In this document: positions 46,753 to 59,379 of the stretch, one piece after another
Position numbering within the stretch: the first letter of the stretch is position 1
Layout: every line of letters begins with the position of its first letter
Assembly (NCBI GenBank): GCA_040954595.2
Contig: CM082589.2
Location: forward strand, 1,404,009 to 1,468,008
Length of the DNA: 64,000 bases
Source of the DNA: Balanoglossus misakiensis
Lineage: Eukaryota; Animalia; Hemichordata
Direction: 5' to 3'
Translations under genes and position numbers: made by a program
Notes under the pieces: generated by a model
The model's database searches: none
Seen by the model: the letters and a program-made list of their open reading frames with translations, nothing else
What the model was told of the DNA's origin: nothing

Positions 46753-49700
46753 GTTGCTTTTTGTCTGTGTATATGCAATATCTGTGTCATGACTGTGATT
46801 GTGGTGTTGTGTGTGTCTTCTGATCGAATGAAATTGAGAACCAATTTTTTCTACTATTACCATTACAAATCTTGATTACAGGAAGCTTAAAATTGAATGA
46901 GTGAAATGTTCTAATATTGCCAGACAATACAAAAGTCAACCTGAACTCAATTTAGTGCCTTCGTGGAAAACCAAATTCTTTGAAAAGTCTTGCCAATGAA
47001 AAATGTCAAAATTGGCTTCAGTGAAGTGCTTGGTAATGAAAAGATACCACTGAAACAAAGACTGCAACATTCTTTGTATAGAAGTGCGTCATCACTTAAT
47101 TTCTGGAACACGACAAAGTGACATGTTCAATGTATATCATGTCAGATTTTCGTGAATTGAGAGTGGGGCTGCCCCAAATGTTCCCTGAGTTCAGCCTCAG
47201 AGACCTTACCACATGTTGATCAAACATGATTTGCCATTGTGAATTTTTAATAAAAGATAAAACAAACCCACCATGATCATCAGACCATATCAGTGGAAGT
47301 GTATTCCATCAAGTAGGATTTGGGAGGGAACTATCAAATTATATTACTGCTTTAAATATTATGGTGAAATGAAAGACACCATTACTATTAATATTTTCTA
47401 TTAAAAAGTATAAAATCAGAAGATCAAGGATTTTAAATTGACCTTCCGTACCCTTTTTTTTAAATTGAGGAATGATAATTTATCATGGCAACACCGAAGG
47501 TCTTTTAGAAGGGATTCCAGGGCATTGCCCATGTGCCTTAGAGCTTTGAGATGAATTCGACAAAGAAATGTTGGCAAGGATTATATTTCACAAAATAAAT
47601 ATGCTGAGGCTATTCACCAGGTTTCATATAAACTTACCTGCCAGGAAAACAAAACTTAACTGGGATTGTTTTCTCCAAATTTTATTTTTCAGGATACTAA
47701 TTGAAATTGAACACTTCATGAAAATCAAGGTAGTCTTGACTGATTGCTTCTGACCTGAGGCCAAAATCATACAAGCAACTAAAGAACTTATTGTCAGAAT
47801 ACTATGAAAATTGGTTTTGGACTACCTTAGATGGACCTCATGTGGTTTTTGTTCCTTTTGTGCATATATATTTATTTAGACATCTTATGTTGATCCTTTG
47901 CAGATGGTTTTAAAAGTCAGTTTGTTTTGATTCGGCAGAAAAGTGTGAAGAAACAAAGGTTAATGAGGTATCATCTATTGTGAGGTCATTGTCCAGACAC
48001 TTGATAGATCTATGCTTACATTAAACTGATGCTTGCCAAAAAGACCAATTAAGGTTCTGGAGTTTATATTACATTCCAATGATTGATAATGTGTGAAGAA
48101 AGCAAGAGCAATAAATTTTATTTTGATATGATAAATGTTAATCAAGGAGGTACCAAGGGAATCTAGATGTTGTTTTGTCTGATATCAAAATCAAACAAAA
48201 TGGTTTAGATGCATTGTGTTTAATTATTAAAAATGGATGAACACGAGTATCATTGCATCATTCCGCCATAAATTGTAGTACAACATCTATTTTGTCTAAA
48301 CCTTAGATGTACGATGTTCCCTGCCTTCTTGTTAGTAATACAGCATCATGTATTTTAAACAAGTGACATTTTTTCTTGTTCACATCATGTTCTAACTCTG
48401 GCATTTCTTAGTTTGTTACTATTGTCTGGACGAATAAGAGGTCAGGAGATCACATGAGCAGTTGAGAAAAGAACTGGAGAATAGTAATATGTCATGAGAA
48501 GAGGTTAGGTCATTTGTCTGTGAAAAAGTGTCCTCTTCTGTCCTTCTGTGATCCTGTCCAAACTGTTGGTATTTTCCGTACCAGCTATAATTAACCCTTA
48601 AGTCACCACTGTGGAAAGGTTGAGAACTGCCCATGATTTGTGAGCGAATTCTATACTGTCTGCCCTCAACTGTTGTCATCAATTTATTTTCTATTATTAA
48701 AACCATGTCTCTCTTTGTCTGTAACGACTGTCATGATCCTCTACCTCCTGCATCTAATGCAATAGGCATAATTGGTTATTTTGGCATGTAGCTGTCCAGG
48801 ACATGTGACTGTAACAAGTTGAGTTTTAACATGTCTTGTAGATGTGACTTGTTGTTAGGATAGGAGATGTGGTTGTTGTATAACTTCAGTTTATAACTTT
48901 TCTGATAGGCGATGTGACTGTTATAACTGCAATTTAAGGTCTCTTATGATCTCTCTGCTTGTCTCAGTTTTTTTTCCAACATCTCGTCTAAAGTTTCATC
49001 CATTTCTCTGTCTCTCTCCGTCTATCTGTCAATGCTAAGATATTACAATGCACCCAAAGTGACGTCTTGATGTGGATCATAGTCTGTGAAGTGATGCAGG
49101 GCAGCCGTCGATGTCTGAAGGGTGGCTAACAGATGGCAAGCCATTTAACATTCTGCAAATAACTAGTCTGTAACCTTCGTGTGCAGCCCACGCTTCTCTC
49201 TGACACTAACATGAGGATACTCATCATTTCATCATCATAAAATTTCCCAGCCCTTCTTTGAGCCAACTCAAATCCCTCATCCGTATTCCGCAAAGGAGAA
49301 TGCCAGTTTTTGCAGTGTACTATGTACCAGACCCATCCCATCCTAGTCATTTGACCTCATCCGACCTCAAACTACAGTTAAAAATATCACATGCGGCCTT
49401 GAGTGGTGTGTATGATTTCTAGGGAGATGTGTTATCTAGGTCTCAATCTTCGCGATATGATGTGCTTGATATCAAGCCTTCGATGAAATACTTGTACTGA
49501 AAGCATGTTCCAACAGCTGTGTTTAAAATTTACCCCATGCAGCGAGAGCGACAATGCTTTCAAATTTCACCACTTGATTATTGTAGATACATGCATCTTG
49601 AAATTAAGTCATAATTAGTTGAAGGGAACCATGAGCTGAACCATTTTAAAGTCTGGAAAAGGAATTTGGGTTCACAGATATTGGAGTACCAATCCAAATT

Positions 49701-50443
49701 ATCTCAAATTTGTTGATGATATGCATTTTAAAATGCTTGTCAATTTTCTGGAATTCAAATCACCTTCCCTTCCTTAAGATTTTACAGGAGGCATACATAG
49801 AGATTGTCAACATCTCTCTTATGATATAAAGTCAGTGCATTTAGGGAAAAAATGATGACACAGCTCGTTTGTGGATGAAATTGTGCCACATTAGCCCTTA
49901 CAACAGCCATCATGTACTTTCTAATTATGAAGGTCTAACCTAAACCATGGAAACAATGGGGTTACTCTAAACTCCAACATCGAATGAGTTCACATACAGC
50001 TGTGATGAAAATTTCTTAATCTAATTTAGGAGTATTAAACACGTGATATGTCTCTCATTTGATTTCTCAGTGTGAACAGCCAAACACCATTGATAACATA
50101 AATTTATGTGGACCACAGCTGCACAGATACTGTTCCTTGCTCCATTTGCATATTTCTGCAACATGGAAGTTGGCTTGCAGAAACTCCTCTCCTTATATCA
50201 TTGCTAAGGACAATTTGTTTTCCATTGTTTCTTGATCCAAACACTCTCCCCTAGTTGAGCGCCCCCAAAGTCGAGAGTAGGGTCGCAGCTTCAATATTGG
50301 TCAAGTATTTTGCAGACTGGTCTTTATACTTGAAGGCAACTTGTATGTTCTCAGGTTGATATCTTGACCTGAAGTTCAAAGGAAGTTGCAAGGCTCTTGT
50401 GGGTCTTCACCAAAACCTCTGTTGCTACTGGCTTTAGTTCCTA

Positions 50444-50670
50444 GAGGCATTGTGGCCTGGTAACAGACTCACAATCAGAGCATTGTGCATTCGATCGAGA
50501 GCCAAACATGGTCGTCGATTTTGTATTAGAGGATGGGGGGACTTCATGGCCACAATGTTATGCCCCTGAGCAAGGCACTTTACTTCTCATTGCTTCATGT
50601 TGTACATGCATGTTGATAAAAAAGAAATGTAAATGGAACTGTTGTGGGCCATTAAAGCGAGATAAACTCT
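50444..50670 (+). mobile_element. Degenerate tRNA-derived SINE-like element
   Basis: Head with A-box-like TGGCCTGGTAA and B-box-like ATTCGATCG, then the core tgcccctgagcaaggcacttta shared with the inverted copy at 14441-14500. Confidence 0.6.
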
Positions 50671-53600
50671 TCTCAGAGCTACCCTCATAAGATAAAAAAT
50701 ATAGTTTGGTTTGAACATTGCACCATTACTGTGTGCTATAATACCCTCTCTTTGAAAGTGGATTAAAAGGTGATTTTACAGTGGAAGCTGAGTACCTTGA
50801 TTTTCAGATTGGTATATGAATCAGTTACTTTGACCCAAATACAAAAAAGCTAAAATCAGCAGATTTTTGAAGATTGCAAGTAAAAATACTGACACAAAAA
50901 GCAGGGCAGTTGGATTAAACTGGAAATGATGTGTGAAATATTAAAGAAAGCTCAACAGTCGGCAACCATATATAGCTCTCCATTGAATACCCAAATCTAT
51001 GCTGCCCTGATCTCATATAAAGAGCACTTTGTCCAGAAAATGTTTTCTTTTTAAACTTTTGCCTCAAGGGAGTGAAAAGTAGTGTGTTGACTGTAATGAT
51101 TCTTGATTTCAAAGTGTTTTTGATCAAAGAGAGAATGGCAAGAGAAATGGCTAAACGTCTTTTCAATGAAAGGACGTACCCAGCTTTGACTGCCGTGCGC
51201 TGTCTGGAGTTCTCATAGCTTATCATTCATCCTGGACGCCACAGTACTTTGCATTTTGCTTACAGTTCTACAATATTCATGATTCTGTTATCTGATGGAG
51301 GTCTAATTAAATTTTTTAAATAGAAAATGTAGTCCGACCACATTTTGGTTTTGCCGTACCGAAAATAGAGTAAATGAAGACGACCGGACAGGTTTTCATG
51401 AGTTTTCGCTTTGATTCTAGAATTCAAAATTCAGAATTTGTATCCAGTATTCATATTGTTAAATTCTCTGACATCCAGTCAAGTGTATATAGTTTTGAAG
51501 AAAAGAAAAGAAATATAGTTTTGTTTTGGCTCAAATGGAAGAAACTGAAATTTTTCCCCCGACGTCATTTTATCAGAGCATGACCCATTTAGCTATCTCA
51601 AGTACTTAACTTACAGTTATTTAATTTCAAATCTGTGACATAATTCCTCAGTAAGTTCAGTACAATTTGGACAGTTTCTAGTATATTACCTTTTGTGCTT
51701 CAGAGTAGTCTTGGTTTTCCTCTGGTGGTGGACAGTGTCTTGCTGTTCTGGAAGCAGCTCCTTCTGGCCCGGTGGACCGCACCCTTCTCTGTACAGAACT
51801 AGCCTGCCCAGGGTCTGATGATGAGAGCTTGTCATCATCATCATCATCATCATAATGCTCCCCTGGTTTGTGGAACTTTGCAACCAGTCAATGTGGCAGG
51901 ATACGACCACGTGTAATGACTGATACCTTGTCATCTTGCAAAAGAAACGCCCAATCACTCCCATCAAGATTTCCTCTGCAATATTTCAATTTTTCTCACT
52001 TCCTCAAACTCTGTCTGACCGAAATAAAAACTTCAAATACCCAAACTACATTCTCAATCTGCTAGTTATCTGGGACACAAATCTTGATCTAAAAAAGCAA
52101 AATGTAGGGGAACAACAAAATGTTGTTCTCTTTATGAAAACATCTGCCCTGCTGCATAAAATGGCGTTTTCAGTTGGTGCTTTACACACCTAAAAATTAC
52201 TTATGCACCCCTTTGTAATGTATATTACTAGTCCGATATGTTGCAGAGATCCGACCTATATTTTCCAGCTCTGTATCATCATTAAAACATTGAACAATTT
52301 ACGGCTATCCATTGGTGATTTAAAGAGGAGACATCACCAACAAAGCCAAGGGTTTGGATCCAAAATTTTCAAACAAGACTTGTCAAATTTGGTTTCAAGT
52401 CCTCGCCACTGCAGTTTATGTCCCTAAGTTCAGCAATGGGGTGATGGGGAGAGAAATATGGCTGCTATGAGTGGAGAGGATTTCTCTTGAAGTGCAAGTT
52501 TTCTGGTTTGAAAACTCTATGGTTTAGATTTGAGTATTGATCACCAGCTGGACATAAAAAGAACACAATTATCTTCAGAAAATTACAAAAATTTCTTCTC
52601 CAAAATGTGTCCAGTTCGAAAATCAGCACACAAGCATCCATACAATTAAATCTTCGGAAAGATAATGCATGTCAAATATGGCTGTACCTGTATATCGTAC
52701 ATTTCATGTGTTAGTTTTGCTTGTGTAGTGACAGTTGTATTATTTGGGGAGAAACATTTGGGGGAAATGTCTTTGAACATGTTGTTGTAGGCAAAACAAA
52801 TTACACTGTTTGTATCAACAAATTGACCACCTCATATCATCGTAGCTCTATTTGTAGTTGATCTTTTCAGATGACTAACGTTTATGCTTTCCAGCTCTCC
52901 CGTCTTGTTACTAAACTGGATTGTCACACTCGTTCGGGAAGTGAAACAAGTTGGACGCTCAATAAATGAATCATGATACAGAAATCCCCCAAATTTAACA
53001 TTAGTCAGTTATGAAGAAACCTGAGCTTTCCATCAACAATCTATCGTACACAGTCCTTGAATTTTCTTTCTTTCCTTTGCTTTCAAATCATTCTTTATTT
53101 GCTCAATATTTCCGTTGTGACTACTATTTCGCATAAACATCCTTGTGGACTGATTTTCTGCACTGAACCTGTAGTTGAGTTAATTTTAACTAGAACAGAA
53201 TCTATAGTGTTCAGTTGTATGCCTATTTTCCAGTTTGTACGACAGCGTTTCAATCTAGATAAATCATGTCTTCAAGTTCTAATCTAATATAAGCTTATTA
53301 TTCGCCTACATAATGTTCCACTTGGGATAACGTATCCCAAATCAGTTTCAATGCATGATAATACGATTAAAAGCAAAAAGGATACCAAAGAATCACAGAA
53401 AAAGCAGAAGACAGTGTCTGTATTTGAACAATTTGCGGCAGTATCGGTATGAGTAATTAGCACAGCCAGATCAGCGAGTATCAAAGACATGTAACCATCT
53501 ACAGACATGGTGATGTGTTCATCAAATCCATCAAGCAAATACAACCAGTTGGCTTGCCGAACTCATTGCATCATTACACCAATAAAGAGCACTCAAATTT

Positions 53601-56600
53601 GTTAACATTCACGGTCAAAACTGAATGGTAAAGTAGTTTTCTGTCGAGCATTAGTGGACACCAACGAAGATGGCAAAAATGTTTGTAAGAGATTAAAGAA
53701 CAGCGAGAGCATTGGTAACAATTTTGAACAATGATGTGTAATTTAATAGCATGGATAGCATTCAACACTATAATGATACTCATGTTGTATTTTCATGACT
53801 TGTAAATGTGTTCACAACGACGCAGAAACCTCTGGTTTCAACCAAAGTATGTCTGTGTATCTGATAAACTCTCATTTCAAACTAATATCGATCAATCGCT
53901 ACCCACAGGTACGTGAGAATCTATCGAATACATTTGCATTTTTTCAATCCCCAAATATAAAAAATGTGCACTACATCTTTCACGATGGTCATATCTAATG
54001 CACAACCATATCATGTTGACAATCACCGACCGATAGATATACTGCCAAATATCATGAAAATTATCAACCAGTGTTCTTTCACAGCTGACCAAACATCAAA
54101 TGACAAATCTTGAATACCACCATCAATTTGTCAGTCAATGTAGGATAACCACTGTACGCCTAAATGCTGTCCAGGTGCCTAAATTTTGTGCACATGTAAA
54201 ACCACATCATTCCAATTGCACATCTGGTAGCCTCTTATGTTTATGATGATGGCCTTGATAAATTCATATTGCTAAAACCCTAAAGCGTTACTTTCACTTT
54301 TGCCACATCAACTTCTTTCAATGTCGCGCATAGGCAGGTATGTTTCGCACAAAATTGTGAGTGGAAGAATATCTTTGTTTGGTTGGAAATCAGAAGAGAT
54401 CCAAGTAAATTGAAGACAATTGAATAATTCAAGACCATTTGTATGTAAGGTCAACTGACAACATTTGGTTGCTGATCATTCTGTCTCCTCATGCTACTAA
54501 TACATGTATTTAGTTTGCCATCCTTTCTTCAATATCCGATCAAGGTTACCTAGGACATTATTTGTGATGATTGACAGGCATTGTTCCTATTTCTAGCAAC
54601 AATTGTTCTTGATCTATATGTCTTGTCAGTTCTCCCCAAAAGTGTGCTATTCTGAATTAGTTGTCACAAGCTAGCCGAATACCCCCTTTCATCGCACGAT
54701 ACACAATGCAAAATCAAGAAAACCCAGCAAATGTTAATAAAAATATGTCTGAGATACTGAGTGATTATACATTCAAGAAATTAGTACATTTGAGTTGATT
54801 CTAAATGATTTTGAAAATGCAGTTGAAGGCAGACTAATGTCACACTTGGTCTTATCCTCTGAACATTTCAGAGCGCAAACCACAAGTTGTATATATCTGC
54901 GGACATGTTCAAAACTCTCATATTGGCACACGCGTGCTGAAAGCAAAGAAAATGATACGTTCATACATACTGTATGTTGATTTGCTGTATCTGTAGAAAT
55001 GCCAACTAGATTTATTAATTTCAGGTGGGTGAAGAATTGTCCGAACTTCAACACGGAATTTATTAAGGCCAGCATACTCGCACAATACTAACAATTTTTG
55101 TCCCATCCACTTAGATTTGGTCACGGAATAACATGCTGAAATACTGTATATGTGGATTTCAATCCTCTAAGCTTAAAAGAAATTGTACCCTTAAAACAAA
55201 ACCAATTTGTAGTCAATTGTTAAAATGACTTGTGTGAATCAGTAATATCATAGATGCACGATTGTAACATAATATTGAAACATTACATGAAAACTGAGCT
55301 GGTGCGTATATGCATTAGAACTGTGGTTTATCTAGAATTTCATTTCATCTCAGTTCAGAAAGGCTTATGTGACATTTTCTTTCTGTTCATTCTGAGTGTC
55401 AAAACTTCAAAAGTACAATCTAGAAAAGTCAAAACGGCCAAATGTGTTCCATTTTAAACAGATGTAGTACACCATTTTGTCAGATGATGGATAAACTGAA
55501 ACTCAGTTGTCGTACTGAAGAATGGAACATCCTGACTGTGTCCACTCAAATTAATTCAATGCAAGAAAACTGATTACCAAATCTGTGAGATGAAATTTGC
55601 CTTTGCAGTTTATTAAAGACAGATCTGTATACTGTTTTCGACTGGTCATAATTGTAAGTGGAGTCACAGTCCTGTCCACATGCAGTCCAATGTTAAAAGA
55701 ACACCTGTCAACCAGACACCTTTAAAAACTAAACACTTTCTCTGTCCCTATTGTGTATAGTTTGGACTGTCATATTAGGAAACTGTGTGCCCGACATCTC
55801 CTTAAAAATCTGTTACAGGTCTTGACAGCGATGTGCCATCCAAGTCAATATGATGGTCATTAATCCTGAATGTTTGTGAAACGGTTTTCGTTTGAATCAC
55901 ATAGTTAACTAGAGCAAATTAAAACTATATCCCTTCATCATACAGCTTACCCAGATGTAAGAATATCTGTTTGGTTTGAGTTTGATACAAGTGTAGTCAG
56001 TCAGAAATGAAGATTATACTCAACAGCCGGCAAAAAAGTGAGAAAATGTTGTTGGCAGTGAAGATATTAATTCAGGAGGAAATAGGTGAAATGTTGCTCC
56101 ATCTGTTACTTATGACCACTTTATTTTGCCTGTTGTAACAACAATTACTTCTACAAATGTGTTCTTCCTGTTGTTGTTTAATTCCCTGAGGGTTAAAGAA
56201 GATCTCGTGCTGGTATTTTGATTTTAGTTGATGTTATTTCCTCGATTGTTCAAGCTCATCAAAGCATCGGGTTATATACATCTTTGGCATTCATGTTTCG
56301 AAACACCCAGATAGTTTCCTGTTTCTCAATTTCGGTACAGACAGAGGTGGGTTTTTCCACATTTTCGCATTGAGAGAAACACAGTGAAAAATCGAAAACC
56401 AAGTTTACTCGAAAATTTGCCGACGTCAACAATTTTATTCTGACTAGATCTACTACTCAGAGTCATGATTCATCGCAAAATGACACTTTGTATGATTCGC
56501 GTGCCATATTTTTCATACTCATCCAGGACACATTATGACTAAGTTTTAAAAAATGTTGACAATTTGTTTTTAATCATTGTCTGAATCACTGTCAATATAC

Positions 56601-59286
56601 AGATCAATGAACATGATACCATTAACTAACAAAGTGTCATGAATGTAATGTGTTAATTCTCAAATAAAAATTTACACCACAGTTTAGTTTTTTTGAAAAA
56701 ATCACAATACCGAATGGCCTTGCTTGGAAGAGTTGGCAAATACAAGAAAAAATGTAGTGCCGTATATGCCTTCATAGGTCTTGTCGTGACTTGGTCCAAA
56801 TTACATATGATTATACTGAAGTAAAGTGGGCAAATACCATAGCAACACAACTGTCTGCCACAAGTCACATCTTGTTTTTGTCGAGATCATGACAACTTTC
56901 AAATGTTCAGAGATCCCAATGCTCCTTTGACTTAAAATATATTGTTTCAAGTTTCCACGGCGGAGATGATACGAAAATAAAGTGCTTGTTGTGGAGAAAT
57001 TTGGATTTCAAATTCATCAAAACCTGGTATTCAGACTTGAATGGAAAAGTATGTCATGGTGTGTACTGTGAAAGTGCTCTGTGAACAGAGTGAAACCAAA
57101 TACATGAAACCCCGGCAATTTCTGTGAAAGTGTGGCCCAAAATAGTCGGTTCCGACAGTGCAAATATTGGAGAAAGAGAAGATCTGTGTGGACATTACAT
57201 TGGATTCACCATTTGAAACACAGTTTGTCACAGTTGCCAATGCCATCACGAGGTGAAAATGAAGTGCAGTACTTCCTGTACAGCTAATTATTGATGTTAG
57301 ATACATCTCTTTCAGTTGGGGGATGTTGTGTTGTTTTGTTTACTGATATTGCAACATGTAGATGTGGAAATTACACATCTTGTTGGTGTCGAGATAAAAT
57401 GTCACATTCCCAAAGTATTTGCTAATCAGAATGATAACTTTGCAAATATGTGCTTGCCCCGTTATTATTTTAAGTTTTGGAGGATTTGAGACTTACAGAG
57501 CATGGACTTCATAAAAATATTCAGGACATGTTTGCAAATACAATTTATATACATTTCATGTAAGATACCCAATTATGATACACATGATGCGCATTGTATA
57601 TATTTGATAAAAATATACCTTACCTGTTTATTCTCCTTGTTCAAGGATTACAGTCTGTAGTGGACACTGCCCATATCAAGTCATACACGTGTATACTTTG
57701 TTGACTGTTATAAGTTTGGGCTACTGAAATGCTTTTATATATCCTGCACCAGCTATGTAAGATACTTGATCAGCTGTCAGCTTCCTTCACAAGTCCAAAC
57801 CAGTATTAAGTAGAAAATTGAAGAAACCTAGCAAGAACAAGAAAGATGGATCTATTACAATGTGGCACACATCCAAACCTCATGTTAGATAAATTTAAAT
57901 CACCTTGCCTTGAATTGTCAATTGTCAAATATTCTACCTTAACTGTGTTTTGTTTTGAAAGATGTCACACAGAATTAAAGCCTGTTGCTGGGCTTGTGAC
58001 TGTTATTACTTTCCTTGTGTGTTTACATTAGAAATAGTCATGGTAAAAAATCCCTATTACTTTTCAAGTGTTCAAACTGATAATTATAATACAAAGTTGA
58101 ACGTGACAAGATGAGCGTATAAAAGCGATGTTGTTGATTAGACTATCTTCTCATTTCACATTGTTCACCTTGTAAACATGTGTATAAGTGAAGTCAATGC
58201 TAAGTGCACTAGGCCGTCGAAAATGTGACGGACAACACAGAAGTCTTTTATGTGGCTTCATCCTTCAGGTGAGCAGTGACTCACTTTCTCCTTGATCAAT
58301 TGTACAACACGCTGAAATATCAGTGGTCTTTGGCAGGTTCAACATGTGGAGCAGGAGTGCTCACTCTTTTGTGGAATAACCACAAAGGTGCAGGTACTGC
58401 GCACTCTTTTCGAAAAGCATCAGACATCATTGTTGGTTTAGCTCTTTTGGGATTCAGATGTCTTTGGTCAGTTAAAAGGAAAATATATTCTCAGTTTGAC
58501 GTATTCCTATGAGCAAAAAGTTAAATGTATGTGAGATATCATATCTTCTCATGAAATTTACATGTTTTGACCCCAAAACTTGACTGGCATGGACTGTTTT
58601 ACATAAATGTCGGTAGCTTTATCGCCTGAATGAATGAAACATTCTGATTGGCTCTCACAATCCCTTGACTATATGAGAAACATTCTGATTGGTGTGCTCA
58701 TCATCAGGAGATCTTTCTAGGTTTATTCCAAGGTCATCTAGCAGTCATCTTGTGCTATATTGAATCAAACTATGGATATTTAATATTTGCTTTTTGATAA
58801 ACCCCAGGGCCTTCTCTTAATTATCATTTCCAATCATTTGCCTCAGAAAACTTTCCCCGTGCATGGTCCCTACTTGTTTCAAGGACAAATATCTACTCTA
58901 GACTGGAAACCATGCAAAAATAACGCTGGGATGTGTGGTCGATTCGTGTATGTAAGAGAGTTCTGGAGTTTTAGCTGCACTGGGATTCCTTAAAAGTGTT
59001 CTAATGTATTCACCATGCCGACAAGAATGAGGAAAGGGTGAATAAACTACTGTAGTACATTTACTTCTAGTGAACTGTCGTGCGTGTAGTCGGTCACATA
59101 ACGGACAAAAATTGGACACGACCGGTTTGTCTGAGGTAACAAGAAACAGTTGTTTGTTCATTTTCCTGTCTGTGCATGACTGATATGTTCATTTGCTTGT
59201 CTGTGTATGACCGATATTTACAATTCTTATGCCAATTAATAGTTAAAGTGGTGTGTCTACTCTGATTTACAGACAGTTGTTCACCT

Positions 59287-59379
59287 TCAACCCCCATTCA
59301 CCACTATGGTTTCATCCAAACCCATTGTTTTCTATGGTCAAGTTGGACCTCAAAAGAAGGGAAACAGGGGTGAAAGGGT
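59287..59379. mobile_element. Copy 4 of the TTAA MITE-like repeat (Mib1 intron 12)
   Basis: cccattcaccactatggtttcatccaaacccattgttttctatggtcaagttggacc...ggggtgaaagggt aligns with 20496-20588. Confidence 0.6.

Noticed and set aside
48069-48078. TTACATTCCA as a possible mir-1
   Set aside because: Only the 5' 10 nt match; the rest of miR-1 and a hairpin are absent.
49618-49631. GTTGAAGGGAACCA, 13/14 match to the miR-133 reverse complement (decayed duplicate?)
   Set aside because: The mismatch lies in or beside the seed and there is no properly spaced complementary arm; compatible with chance.
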